From positions 1,952,001-2,016,000 of the forward strand of contig CBDCTH010000012.1 of NCBI GenBank assembly GCA_965222155.1: 64,000 bases of DNA, read 5' to 3'. Positions 21,149-31,424 of the stretch are shown here, piece by piece. Both the position numbers and the translations under genes were made by a program. This stretch comes from Gammaproteobacteria bacterium. Its GTDB lineage: Bacteria > Pseudomonadota > Gammaproteobacteria > Eutrophobiales > Eutrophobiaceae. The notes beneath the pieces are model-generated. The model saw only the letters and a list, made by a program, of their open reading frames with translations, was not told where the DNA came from and ran no database searches. How positions within the stretch are numbered: the stretch's first letter is position 1; every line of letters starts with the position of its first letter.

Positions 21149-21916
21149 ATGACAATTTCACTAAAAACCGCAGACGAGATAGAGAAAATGCGCGTTGTCG
21201 GCGCCCTGGCCTCCTCAGTCCTTACCATGGTAGAACCTCACGTTAAGGCAGGCATTACCACTGCGGAACTGGATCGGATCTGCCATGAATACATCACTGA
21301 AGAATTGGATGCAGTACCCGCCCCTTTAAATTACCGTGGTTTTCCCAAGTCTATCTGCACCTCAATTAATCATGTTGTCTGCCATGGCATCCCGGGAAAT
21401 AAACGTTTAAGAAACGGCGATATTATCAACATAGACATCACCGTGATAAAAGACGAATTTCATGGCGACACAAGCAAGATGTTCTGTGTCGGCGAGCCCT
21501 CAGTACGCGCCCGGCGGCTGGTTGACACAACTTATGAGTGCCTGCTGCTTGGGATCGGCATGGTCAAACCCGGAACGCGTTTAGGTGATATAGGGCACGC
21601 TATTCAATCCTTTGCGGAAGCGAAACAGTTCTCAGTTGTGCAGGAATATTGCGGCCACGGTATCGGCAGGCAATTTCACGAGGACCCGCAGGTCCTGCAT
21701 TACGGCATACCAGGCACCGGGCTGGCGCTTGAAGCTGGTATGACATTTACCATAGAACCCATGATTAATGCCGGCAAGCGTCATGTCAAACTACTGCCCG
21801 ACAACTGGACCGTGGTAACCAAAGACCATTCTCTTTCAGCGCAATGGGAACATACCATCCTGGTCACCGGCGACGGCTTTGAGGTATTGACCCGGCGTCC
21901 CGAAGAGAATTTTTAA
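21149..21916 (+). CDS. map: Methionine aminopeptidase type I
   Basis: CTSINHVVCHGIP, DGEF-like HGDTS, YCGHGIG, TIEPMIN, AQWEHT. Confidence 0.98.
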   Translation: MTISLKTADEIEKMRVVGALASSVLTMVEPHVKAGITTAELDRICHEYITEELDAVPAPLNYRGFPKSICTSINHVVCHGIPGNKRLRNGDIINIDITVIKDEFHGDTSKMFCVGEPSVRARRLVDTTYECLLLGIGMVKPGTRLGDIGHAIQSFAEAKQFSVVQEYCGHGIGRQFHEDPQVLHYGIPGTGLALEAGMTFTIEPMINAGKRHVKLLPDNWTVVTKDHSLSAQWEHTILVTGDGFEVLTRRPEENF

Positions 21917-21929
21917 ATCCAAAGATATG

Positions 21930-22016
21930 GCCACAGAGAACACAGAGTGGATCGAGAATCTTTATTAAACGAAGGTGTCAAACCCTGATCTCCGTGTTCT
22001 CTGTACCCTCTGTGGC
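21930..22016. repeat. Family A element (short)
   Basis: GCCACAGAGAACACAGAG ... CTCTGTACCCTCTGTGGC. Confidence 0.85.
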
Positions 22017-22024
22017 AAAATAAG

Positions 22025-24658
22025 ATGACTATTGAAAACTTATTGCTGTTCGATAAAACCAGCCTGGCCGGAGATCCTCCCGACGTAACCTGCTATAAGC
22101 ACGCCCTGAGCCGGGGAGATCGCCACCTGACTGAACGGTTTGAAGCCGGCACGCCGATTCGTGAGATTATTTATAACCGCGCCTGGCTGATCGACCAGTT
22201 ACTCGTAAGCGCGTGGCATCATCATATGGATAGTGACGCCATGGCGTTGATTGCGGTGGGCGGTTACGGCCGGGGAGGATTATTACCGGCCTCCGACGTG
22301 GACCTGATGCTGCTCATCAAACCGCGCAGCCGAAGATACCTGAAATCCAAAATTGAAACCTTTCTCGCTTTCCTCTGGGACATTGGCCTGGAAGTGGGGC
22401 ACAGCGTCAGGACAGTCAAGGACTGTGTCCGGGAGGCGAAGTCAGATATTACGGTAGCCACAAACCTCATGGAATCCAGACTGCTTGTGGGTAATGCGGC
22501 GCTGTTTGAAGCCATGGCCAAAATGACAGGGCCGAAAAAAATCTGGCCTTCAAGAAAATTCTTTGCTGCTAAATGGGAAGAACAGGTTGCCCGCCACCAT
22601 AAATTTCACGATAGCGAGAACAACCTGGAACCCAATGTCAAGGAAAGCCCGGGGGGACTGCGTGACATTCAGATGATCGGCTGGGTGGCAAAAAGACATT
22701 TCGACGCGGAGCGGCTCAGGGACCTGGTTAAACACAATTTCCTGTCTCAAAAAGAATACGACAGCCTGGATAAGGGACACAATTTTTTATGGCGCGTACG
22801 CTATGCACTCCACATTATTTCCGGAAGAAGAGAGGATCGGCTGTTATTTGATTACCAGAAAAGCGTAGCCGGCAAATTTGGCTTCACTACCGAAGGTAAT
22901 TCGGGCGTTGAGCAATTCATGAAAATCTACTACCAGACGGTAAAGGAGACCAGCCGCTTGAATGAAATGCTACTGCAGCATTTCCAGGAGGAGATAATTT
23001 ACGCACGCAGGCGGGAATCGATTCGGCCAATTAACAACCGCTTTCAGATAAGAAATGATTTTATCGAAGTAAAGAACCGGCAAGTCTTTAAAAAATACCC
23101 CATCGCCCTGCTTGAGATATTCCTGCTGTTGCAGCAGAACCAGAATATTAAAGGGGTCAGGGCCAGCACTGTCAGACTGATCAGGGAGTCATTGAACATG
23201 ATTGACGACAGTTTCAGGGAAGACATAAAAAGTCAGAGCCTGTTTCTGGAAATTATCCGCCAGCCACATCGGGTCGGGCATGAATTAAGACGCATGCACA
23301 AGTACGGAGTGCTGGGCGCGTACATGCCTGAATTTGCCAAGATTGAAGGACTGATGCAATTCGATTTATTCCACATCTATACGGTTGACGAACATATCCT
23401 GTTTGTAATCAGGTATATGCGGCGCTTCGGCCTGGACGAATACAGGGAAAATTTTCCGTTATGCCGGAAGGTCCTGGAACAAATACCCAAACAGGAATTA
23501 CTTTATTTTGCCGGTATGTTCCATGACATGGCGAAGGGTAGGCGCGGTGATCATTCCTCTCTGGGCGCTACCGACGCCCTGGCATTCTGCAAAAGACACC
23601 ACCTGAGCGATTATGACTCGAAACTTGTCGCCTGGCTGGTGGAACATCACCTGTTAATGTCAAAAACGGCGCAAAGAGACGATATCGAAGATCCGGAAGT
23701 CATTAACAATTTTGCCAAAAAAGTGGGGGACACCATTCACCTGAATTACCTCTACCTGTTGACTGTCGCTGATATCAACGGGACAAACCCAAGACTGTGG
23801 AACGGCTGGAAAGACGCATTAATCGCTGACCTGTATAATAAATCCCTGTCTGCGCTACGCCGTGGTCTGGAGAACCCGGTAAATAAAAACGAACTCATAG
23901 CAGACAGGAAAAGCCGCTCCCTGGCAATTATTAACGACGGTAACCAGGCTGATGCCGGCGCCGAATCGATTTGGTCATACCTTAGTGATGATTATTTCCT
24001 GCGCCACTCGGCTACGGAAATTGCCTGGCACACACGGGCGATCCTGAGAAGCAGCGCTGATCGGCTACCCCTGATTCTGATGCGGGAAGAGACAGAGCGC
24101 GGCGCGGCAGCACTGTTTATTCACATGCTCGACCATGACAACATATTCTCGCGGGTCTCCCGCACCCTGGACTTGCTGGGCCTTAACGTTGTTGATGCCC
24201 GTATCATGAATTCCAATCACGGTTATACCCTGGATACTTTCAGCGTACTGGAAAAATCCGGGGCTAACGTAAAAGGGCGGGATCGAAAAAAGGAAATCAT
24301 CTCTGCCCTGAAACAAAACCTGTCGTCATTGGATAAGCCCATAAGACGCGCTGAACGTCTCAGATCAAGAAGATTACAGCACTTTTCCATTCCCACGAGA
24401 GTCATGTTCAGTATCGACGAAAACAACAAACGCAATATCATGGAGGTCAGCGCTGCGGACCGGCCCGGGTTTCTCTCATCAGTCGGGATGGCTTTGGAGT
24501 TTTGTGGAGCGCGCCTGCAGGCAGCGAAAATCGCAACCTACGGTGAACGGGTCGAAGACATCTTCTATATCACCGACAGGAATAACCGGGTCATCACCGA
24601 CGCCGCCAAACTGAAGTGCCTGACCGATACGATTACGATGTCACTGAGTATGAATTAA
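22025..24658 (+). CDS. glnD: [Protein-PII] uridylyltransferase
   Basis: AVGGYGRG..SDVDL, KESPGGLRD, YTVDEH, HDMAKG, two ACT domains; map-glnD synteny. Confidence 0.97.
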   Translation: MTIENLLLFDKTSLAGDPPDVTCYKHALSRGDRHLTERFEAGTPIREIIYNRAWLIDQLLVSAWHHHMDSDAMALIAVGGYGRGGLLPASDVDLMLLIKPRSRRYLKSKIETFLAFLWDIGLEVGHSVRTVKDCVREAKSDITVATNLMESRLLVGNAALFEAMAKMTGPKKIWPSRKFFAAKWEEQVARHHKFHDSENNLEPNVKESPGGLRDIQMIGWVAKRHFDAERLRDLVKHNFLSQKEYDSLDKGHNFLWRVRYALHIISGRREDRLLFDYQKSVAGKFGFTTEGNSGVEQFMKIYYQTVKETSRLNEMLLQHFQEEIIYARRRESIRPINNRFQIRNDFIEVKNRQVFKKYPIALLEIFLLLQQNQNIKGVRASTVRLIRESLNMIDDSFREDIKSQSLFLEIIRQPHRVGHELRRMHKYGVLGAYMPEFAKIEGLMQFDLFHIYTVDEHILFVIRYMRRFGLDEYRENFPLCRKVLEQIPKQELLYFAGMFHDMAKGRRGDHSSLGATDALAFCKRHHLSDYDSKLVAWLVEHHLLMSKTAQRDDIEDPEVINNFAKKVGDTIHLNYLYLLTVADINGTNPRLWNGWKDALIADLYNKSLSALRRGLENPVNKNELIADRKSRSLAIINDGNQADAGAESIWSYLSDDYFLRHSATEIAWHTRAILRSSADRLPLILMREETERGAAALFIHMLDHDNIFSRVSRTLDLLGLNVVDARIMNSNHGYTLDTFSVLEKSGANVKGRDRKKEIISALKQNLSSLDKPIRRAERLRSRRLQHFSIPTRVMFSIDENNKRNIMEVSAADRPGFLSSVGMALEFCGARLQAAKIATYGERVEDIFYITDRNNRVITDAAKLKCLTDTITMSLSMN

Positions 24659-24678
24659 TCGCTAATGACGCAGAGGAC

Positions 24679-24880
24679 TTTTGCCACAGAGGGCACAGAG
24701 ATCACAGAGTGGATCGTGGAGCTTTTTGATTCATGGGCAACCAGAATGTTTATCAGCTATTTTACCTGCTACGTAAAAAAGAACGGACTGAAACGAAGCC
24801 TGTTGATTACTTGGTGTAACCAGACTATGCGAAGGTATTAAACCTTGATCTCTGTGATCTCTGTGCCCTCTGTGGCAAAA
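24679..24880. repeat. Family A element
   Basis: TTTTGCCACAGAGGGCACAGAGATCACAGAG ... CTCTGTGATCTCTGTGCCCTCTGTGGCAAAA. Confidence 0.9.
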
Positions 24881-24909
24881 AATTCTCTGTTTCGTCTACG
24901 AACAATTTA

Positions 24910-25584
24910 ATGATCACGAACAGAAAACCTCCCGGGTCGGAAGCTGAACTGATCGGGCGTTGCCGGGCGCTGGCCGGAAAGTCTCTAGGTCAAGTCGCCG
25001 CTGAATTGAATATCGCCGTCCCCGCATCCCGGTCCAGGGCAAAAGGATGGGCCGGTCAACTGATTGAACACTATCTGGGCGCCAGCGCAGCTTCAAAGCC
25101 CGAACCGGACTTCCAGGCGCTCGGCATAGAATTAAAAACCATACCCGTTAACCGACGCGGCCGAGCCAAAGAATCGACTTTCGTATGTATGGCGCCGATG
25201 GCGGCCTCATCCGGCTTGCGCTGGCCCGATTCCAGCGTCAGGCATAAGCTTAACCGGGTGCTCTGGGTCCCGATTGAAGCCGACCCCGGCATACTCCCAG
25301 CCAACAGCAGGGTTGGAAACGCCTTTCTGTGGAGCCCGTCGGCGGAACAGGCCCGGGTGCTTGAACAGGATTGGCATGAATTGATTGAAATGATATGTTT
25401 CGGCGAATTTGACAAGGTCAGCGCAAAACATGGCGAATATCTGCAGATAAGACCCAAGGCCGCCAACTCCGCCAGCCTGGTACGAATAACATTGGCCAAC
25501 GGTGAACCAGGGCTCACCCTGCCCAGGGGATTTTACCTCCGTACCTGCTTTACCAACATGCTGCTTGATGCCTATATTAAATAA
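24910..25584 (+). CDS. mutH: DNA mismatch repair endonuclease MutH
   Basis: KGWAGQLIE, PDF, IELKTIP, LQIRPKAAN, PRGFYLR. Confidence 0.93.
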   Translation: MITNRKPPGSEAELIGRCRALAGKSLGQVAAELNIAVPASRSRAKGWAGQLIEHYLGASAASKPEPDFQALGIELKTIPVNRRGRAKESTFVCMAPMAASSGLRWPDSSVRHKLNRVLWVPIEADPGILPANSRVGNAFLWSPSAEQARVLEQDWHELIEMICFGEFDKVSAKHGEYLQIRPKAANSASLVRITLANGEPGLTLPRGFYLRTCFTNMLLDAYIK

Positions 25585-26608
25585 TGATACATGCCGTAAG
25601 TCGGCCCCCCCCGGTTCTGAGCCGAAGCGGAGATTCTGTGTAGCACCGATGATGTCTCATACAGACAGGCATTTTCGTTACCTCCTGCGCCTTCTGTCCA
25701 AGCAGTCCATGCTATACACTGAAATGCTGACTACCGGCGCCTTGCTGCATGGAGATACGGACAGGTATGCCAGGTTCAATGCTGCAGAACATCCTGTCGG
25801 CATGCAGATGGGCGGCAGTGACCCACATGAATTGGCAAGCTGTGTAAAAATCGCCGCAGATTATGGTTACGATGAAATAAACCTGAACGTAGGTTGCCCC
25901 AGCGAGCGGGTCAGATCCGGCCGTTTTGGCGCCTGCCTCATGGCTGAGCCTGAACTGGTTGCCGAATGTGTCCGGGCCATGACAGCCGCTGCCGATTTGC
26001 CGGTTACAGTAAAAACACGTATCGGTATCGATGACCATGACGGTTATGATCACCTGGCGCGGTTTATTTCGACTGTCGCACAGGCTGGCTGTCGCACATT
26101 TATCATACATGCCCGCAAGGCCTGGCTGCAGGGTCTGAGTCCACGGGAAAACAGGTCGGTTCCGCCTTTGCAATATGAACTGGTTTATCGGTTGAAACAG
26201 GATTTCCCATTGCTGGAAATCATTATTAACGGCGCTATTACCTGCCTTGCCGAGGCACGAAACCATATGCGCCACGTTGATGGAGTCATGCTTGGCAGAG
26301 CAGTCAGCAATGACCCCTACATGCTGGCCGGGGTGGACAAAGAACTGTTTGGCGTGAACAATATGACAGTTTCACGCACACAAATACTGCAAAACTACAT
26401 GCATTACATGAAAGCGGAAATGGCAAATGGTGAAAATCTGTACGCCATGGCGCGCCATATACTGGGTTTATTTCACGGACAATATGGCGCTCGCGCTTTC
26501 CGGCGGCATTTGTCTACAAAGGCCCATAAAATGGATGCCGGAGTGGAAATTGTCAGTGAAGCACTGGCTTTGATGAGAAATAAATATCAGAATACAGGGA
26601 ACAATTAA
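25568..26608 (+). CDS. dusA: tRNA dihydrouridine synthase DusA
   Basis: FCVAPMM, LYTEM, NLNVGCPS, GRFGACLM, HARKAWLQGLSPRENR; start approximate. Confidence 0.95.
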   Translation: MPILNNDTCRKSAPPGSEPKRRFCVAPMMSHTDRHFRYLLRLLSKQSMLYTEMLTTGALLHGDTDRYARFNAAEHPVGMQMGGSDPHELASCVKIAADYGYDEINLNVGCPSERVRSGRFGACLMAEPELVAECVRAMTAAADLPVTVKTRIGIDDHDGYDHLARFISTVAQAGCRTFIIHARKAWLQGLSPRENRSVPPLQYELVYRLKQDFPLLEIIINGAITCLAEARNHMRHVDGVMLGRAVSNDPYMLAGVDKELFGVNNMTVSRTQILQNYMHYMKAEMANGENLYAMARHILGLFHGQYGARAFRRHLSTKAHKMDAGVEIVSEALALMRNKYQNTGNN

Positions 26609-26677
26609 CCGCAGACAGGAATCATATTGCTAAGGTGCAATAGCCTGGTGAGGCCATTGGCTAATTCGAGAATCTAA

Positions 26678-27352
26678 ATGAAAATATATCTATTACCTAT
26701 TGTTTTTACTCTATTTATTGTTGTTAATACGCCTGTTTTTGGAGAAGATTCGAGCATGACCGAAAAACAAAAACTGAGTTATGCCCTGGGCGTATTTTTT
26801 GCCCAGAGCGTATCACAGCAGGATATCGACATGGATGTGGAACATTTCCTGGCGGCGGTAGCTGACGTCTTGAATAATGATGAGCCGAAACTGTCCGTTG
26901 AAGAAATACAATCTATTTTTACAAAGTTCCAACAACGGGAACAGGAAAAAAGAACCAGGCAAGCGACTGCCAACAATCAGGCCGGGAAAGCGTTTCTGGA
27001 ACAAAACAGGACGGAGGAAGGTGTGGTAGAGCTGGATAACGGCCTGCAATATAAAATCCTGCGGCCCGGAACCGGCGTAAACCCGAAACCCGACAGCGAA
27101 GTGACCGTTCATTACCGGGGAACACTGCTTAACGGTAATGAGTTCGATAGTTCATATAAGCGTAACCAGCCGACGAAACTGACCCTGAACCGCGTCATTC
27201 AGGGCTGGCAACAGGCGTTACCCCTGATGAAAACAGGCGCTAAATGGCAACTGTACATACCATCGGAACTTGCCTACGGTCCTGCAGGACAGGGGGCTAT
27301 CGGAGCGGATGAAACTTTGATCTTTGAGGTCGAATTAATTGAGGTACATTAA
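26678..27352 (+). CDS. FKBP-type peptidyl-prolyl isomerase (FkpA/Mip-like)
   Basis: Signal peptide, KLSYALG, VHYRGTL, FDSS, VIQGW, LAYG. Confidence 0.95.
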   Translation: MKIYLLPIVFTLFIVVNTPVFGEDSSMTEKQKLSYALGVFFAQSVSQQDIDMDVEHFLAAVADVLNNDEPKLSVEEIQSIFTKFQQREQEKRTRQATANNQAGKAFLEQNRTEEGVVELDNGLQYKILRPGTGVNPKPDSEVTVHYRGTLLNGNEFDSSYKRNQPTKLTLNRVIQGWQQALPLMKTGAKWQLYIPSELAYGPAGQGAIGADETLIFEVELIEVH

Positions 27353-27368
27353 CAGTTTGGCAACGGCA

Positions 27369-27461
27369 GTTATTCCTGCGAAAGCAGGAATCCGGTTACT
27401 TCAATGATTCATTACAGGGAAAGCTGGTTTGACTGGATTCCGCGTCAAGCCCGGAATGACG
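27369..27461. repeat. GTCATTCC-type palindrome pair
   Basis: GTTATTCCTGCGAAAGCAGGAATCC ... CTGGATTCCGCGTCAAGCCCGGAATGACG. Confidence 0.8.
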
Positions 27462-27940
27462 GGCCGCCGGCTCATCGAAATGATAATGGAGGATTATCAG
27501 TTTTCATTACGGGAACGATAGCTGTGTTGGTCCTGGCTTTCAACGGTACTGGCGGCCTGGCCGACGACAATACTGATGATCCTGTTAACGCAGGAATTGC
27601 CGCTTATGAAATGGGCCATTATAAAGAGGCTGCTGAGAATTTTAATAACGCCCTTCAGTCGGCGCCGGATACTTCATTCCTGCATCATTGGCTGGGCAAA
27701 TGTTATGGGCGTATCGCTGAAAACGCTAACTGGTTCAAGGCCATGTCTTATGCGAAAAAGACCCTGAAACAATTCCGTAAGGCTGTCAAACTGGACGTGA
27801 ATAACCGTGAGGCCCTGCGTGACCTGGTAGATTACCTTGATACGGCGCCCGCATTCATGGGTGGGAATAAGCAGGAAGCGATACATCTGAAGCAACGCTT
27901 GGAACAGTTACAAATCGTGCGCGAGGAAAGCAATGAATAG
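27404..27940 (+). CDS. Tetratricopeptide-repeat protein, probably exported
   Basis: TPR-like helices (GIAAYEMGHYKEAA, HHWLGKCYG), hydrophobic segment near the N-terminus; start uncertain. Confidence 0.75.
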   Translation: MIHYRESWFDWIPRQARNDGPPAHRNDNGGLSVFITGTIAVLVLAFNGTGGLADDNTDDPVNAGIAAYEMGHYKEAAENFNNALQSAPDTSFLHHWLGKCYGRIAENANWFKAMSYAKKTLKQFRKAVKLDVNNREALRDLVDYLDTAPAFMGGNKQEAIHLKQRLEQLQIVREESNE

Positions 27941-30044
27941 AGTAGTCCTGCTGCTGTTCATGGTGCTGGCTGCAACTGCCAGGGCGAACCCGCCGCTTGT
28001 CATCGACGCAGAGCTGCGCGCCGAGGAACGCCACAAGCGCGCTACGGTAATCATCACTCATATCATGGATAAATACCATTACCGAAAAAAGCCGCTGAAT
28101 GATGCTTTGTCCAGCCGGATACTGGATTCTTACCTGGACAGCCTGGATGGGAATCACAGTTTTTTTCTTGAACAAGATATAGCGGGTTTTGAGCGGTATC
28201 GCTTCCTGCTCGACGATGCGCTTGAGGGCCCGGACCTTGAACCCGCCTATGCCATCTTCAAGGTTTACCGGCAGCGGGTTGCTGAACGCGCCGCCTATGC
28301 CCGAGGACTGCTTGAAACCGAATTTGATTTCAGCATCGATGAGGACTACATGTTTGACCGACTGGAAAGTGACTGGGCGCAGACAGAGGATGAATTGAAC
28401 GAAACCTGGAGAAAGAAGGTAAAGAATGATTATTTGATGTTGCGACTTGCGGACAAGGATACCGACGAGATAAAGGAAATATTGCACAAACGCTATACAC
28501 GCTTCAAAACCGGTACTTTCCAGCTTAACTCCAATGACGTGTTCCAGTCGTTCATTAATGCTTATACCGTAGTCATCGAACCCCACACTTCCTATTTTAC
28601 CCCGCGTTCATCGGAAAACTTCGATATCACCATGCGCCTTTCCCTGGAAGGAATCGGCGCAGTATTACGTGCGGAGCAGGATTACACGGTGGTACAGAAA
28701 ATAATCCCCGGGGGACCGGCTGAACTCGGCGGTCAACTGCATGCGGAAGATAAGGTCATCGGCGTCGGACAAGGCATCCTGGGTGAGATAACGGATGTGG
28801 TAGGCTGGCGTCTTGATGATGTGGTCGACATGATTCGAGGCCCGAAAGGCTCTGTAGTCAGGTTGGAAATTTTGTCTGATAGAACCGGCTTAGAAGGTGC
28901 CGGGAAAATCATCTCCATCACCCGGGATGAAATAAGATTGGAAGATCAGGCTGCCAAATCGGAGATTATCCGATTGGAAAATGGCGGGAAAATCGGCGTC
29001 ATAGATGTGCCCACTTTTTACAGTGACTTTCCGGCCCAGGCGAAAGGAGAAAAGGACTATCGCAGCACGACCCGGGACGTAAGGCGTTTACTCTCCGAGT
29101 TAAAGGATAAAAACCTGGATGGCCTGATAATTGACCTGCGCGGTAACGGCGGCGGTTCGTTGAGCGAATCCCTGGAATTGACCGGATTATTCATAGAATC
29201 CGGACCTATCATTCAGACCAGGGACTACGCCGGCAATATCGAGATCAACAACGACCCTGACCCGGACATTACATATGGGGGCCCGTTAGCCGTACTGGTC
29301 AATCGCAACAGCGCATCGGCTTCCGAGATTATTGCCGGCGCAATCCAGGACTACCGACGCGGGATCATTATCGGCGAACCTACTTTCGGCAAAGGCACGG
29401 TACAGAATATTATTGATTTAAATAACTTTACCGAATCCTCGGACGAGGACCACGGCCGACTGAAGGCTACGATTGCACAGTTTTTCCGCATCAGCGGCGG
29501 CAGTAATCAACACCGGGGGGTAACCCCTGACATCATATTTCCCACTGCCCTCTACGATAAAGAGTACGGCGAACGGGTTCTGGACAATGCCCTGCCCTGG
29601 GATAAAGTCAAACCGGTCCGTTTCATACCGACCAATGCACCGGTGGAAAGTTTTGACCGGGCCAGGATATTTCATGAGAAGCGTATAAAAAACAACCGCT
29701 TAATCCGGCTGCTGCTGAAGGAGATTGAAGCAGTGCAAGTGACGAATAATATGACAACCGTCAGTCTGCAGGAAAGCAAACGCAGAGCGGAACGCGAAAA
29801 GCTCCAGCTCGCATCAGCAGAGTTACGCAATGAATTCCGCGTTGCAGCGGGGTTAGAGCCTGTACCCGCCACTTCCGAGAACCTTGAGGAGGATGACCAA
29901 CTGGAAGATATCGATCCGTTACTGGATGAAACTGCCCGGATATTGTTTGATCTGGTCACTCCGGCCGGGCAGGTAGCAGGCGGATTTCCTGATACTGCAA
30001 AAACTGCAGGGATAACAACACGCACAGGAGGAACCATCCAATGA
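27933..30044 (+). CDS. prc: Tail-specific (C-terminal processing) protease
   Basis: EPHTSYF, LEGIGAVL, PDZ, DLRGNGGGSL, SASASEI, FGKGTVQ. Confidence 0.95.
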   Translation: MNRVVLLLFMVLAATARANPPLVIDAELRAEERHKRATVIITHIMDKYHYRKKPLNDALSSRILDSYLDSLDGNHSFFLEQDIAGFERYRFLLDDALEGPDLEPAYAIFKVYRQRVAERAAYARGLLETEFDFSIDEDYMFDRLESDWAQTEDELNETWRKKVKNDYLMLRLADKDTDEIKEILHKRYTRFKTGTFQLNSNDVFQSFINAYTVVIEPHTSYFTPRSSENFDITMRLSLEGIGAVLRAEQDYTVVQKIIPGGPAELGGQLHAEDKVIGVGQGILGEITDVVGWRLDDVVDMIRGPKGSVVRLEILSDRTGLEGAGKIISITRDEIRLEDQAAKSEIIRLENGGKIGVIDVPTFYSDFPAQAKGEKDYRSTTRDVRRLLSELKDKNLDGLIIDLRGNGGGSLSESLELTGLFIESGPIIQTRDYAGNIEINNDPDPDITYGGPLAVLVNRNSASASEIIAGAIQDYRRGIIIGEPTFGKGTVQNIIDLNNFTESSDEDHGRLKATIAQFFRISGGSNQHRGVTPDIIFPTALYDKEYGERVLDNALPWDKVKPVRFIPTNAPVESFDRARIFHEKRIKNNRLIRLLLKEIEAVQVTNNMTTVSLQESKRRAEREKLQLASAELRNEFRVAAGLEPVPATSENLEEDDQLEDIDPLLDETARILFDLVTPAGQVAGGFPDTAKTAGITTRTGGTIQ

Positions 30045-30487
30045 CACTGAAAAACTTATCCATATTGTGCTTGTTATCATTATTTTATGTATTGTCACAG
30101 GCGGTATCGGCAATAGACGTAAAAGGGACAATTCAATACCGCCAGAACTATATGAATGCCATCAGCGGTCACACCGGAGCAATTCGACGGCTTAAAGATG
30201 GTCGTTTCAACGCGCCAGGACACCTGCAGATGCACACTGACGCCCTGGCAAAGCTGACCAGGGATATCGCCCTGTTATTTCCGGAGGGAACATTGGCCGG
30301 GAAAACCGATGCAAAACCGGAGATCTGGGAAAACTGGTCAGACTTTGAAGCCCGTGCAAATGAAAGTCAACAAGCGGCACAAGCCCTCCTTGACGCAGTT
30401 CAATCCGGTGATGCAGGGGTAATCGATACCAGGTTCGGCGAGTTAACGCAGACCTGTAAAGCCTGTCACCGACCGTTCAGGAAGTGA
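30041..30487 (+). CDS. Cytochrome c' / c556 (class II)
   Basis: Signal peptide, AKPEIWENW, C-terminal CKACH. Confidence 0.9.
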   Translation: MTLKNLSILCLLSLFYVLSQAVSAIDVKGTIQYRQNYMNAISGHTGAIRRLKDGRFNAPGHLQMHTDALAKLTRDIALLFPEGTLAGKTDAKPEIWENWSDFEARANESQQAAQALLDAVQSGDAGVIDTRFGELTQTCKACHRPFRK

Positions 30488-30500
30488 TATTTTCAGCCAT

Positions 30501-31424
30501 ATGGCTAAAATTAACTGGTTCCGGTTGGCGCTTTTGGGCGCGGTTTTCCTGCTTGCCTCGCTCTGGTGGCTGTCACGACCGGAGCCGCTCCCTGCTTTTG
30601 CCGTCCCGGAGAACAGTCTTACTGAAACTGATATCAGTCGAGGCGAATACCTGGTAAATATTGCCGGCTGCGTCAGTTGTCACACGGATGCAGACAACGG
30701 CGGCGCCCACCTGGCCGGCGGAGTGAAGCTGGATACCCCGTTCGGCAGTTTTTTCGCCCCCAATATTACATCGGACAGGGAAACCGGCATCGGTGACTGG
30801 AGCTTCGCGGATTTTGCCGGGGCGATGCACCTGGGTATTACACCCGCGGGAGCACGCTATTACCCTGCATTTCCCTATACATCCTACACACAAATTCACT
30901 TTTCCGACCTGCGCGCCATGTATGACTACCTGCAGGCGACGCCACCGATCAAGCGCCGCAATAAGCCACATGAATTACCCTGGTATATCAACCGTTTAAT
31001 GTTACCGGCCTGGCAGGCATTATTTTTCAGACCCGGTGTTTTCCAGGCCGACGCCGTTCATAACGAAAGCCTCAACCGTGGGGCGTATATCGTCAATGCC
31101 CTGACCCATTGCAGTGAGTGCCACACACCCAGGAACCTGTTCGGCGCCACTCGCCCGGAACTGTTCCTGGCCGGCTCCGAAGACGGGCCTGATGGGGACC
31201 CGGTCCCCAACATCACATCATCGGAAACAGATGGTATTGGTGGCTGGGATGAGGATGAGTTATTACTCTACCTGGAAGAAGGCGAATTGCCCGATGGCGA
31301 TTATGCCGGCGGCGCCATGGTTGACGTGATTGATAATTCCACCAGCTTGATGAACCCGGCAGACCTGCAAGGAGTGATCCGGTACCTGCTCTCTGTTCCT
31401 GCCGTGGATCATTCTTCCCCATGA
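30501..31424 (+). CDS. Membrane-anchored diheme cytochrome c
   Basis: CVSCH and CSECH; PNIT..TGIG.W and YPAFPY motifs of dehydrogenase cytochrome subunits. Confidence 0.88.
   Translation: MAKINWFRLALLGAVFLLASLWWLSRPEPLPAFAVPENSLTETDISRGEYLVNIAGCVSCHTDADNGGAHLAGGVKLDTPFGSFFAPNITSDRETGIGDWSFADFAGAMHLGITPAGARYYPAFPYTSYTQIHFSDLRAMYDYLQATPPIKRRNKPHELPWYINRLMLPAWQALFFRPGVFQADAVHNESLNRGAYIVNALTHCSECHTPRNLFGATRPELFLAGSEDGPDGDPVPNITSSETDGIGGWDEDELLLYLEEGELPDGDYAGGAMVDVIDNSTSLMNPADLQGVIRYLLSVPAVDHSSP

Noticed and set aside
30041-31424. Cytochrome c' plus diheme cytochrome c as P450 redox partners
   Set aside because: They are exported c-type cytochromes, a common pair, while the P450 is cytoplasmic.
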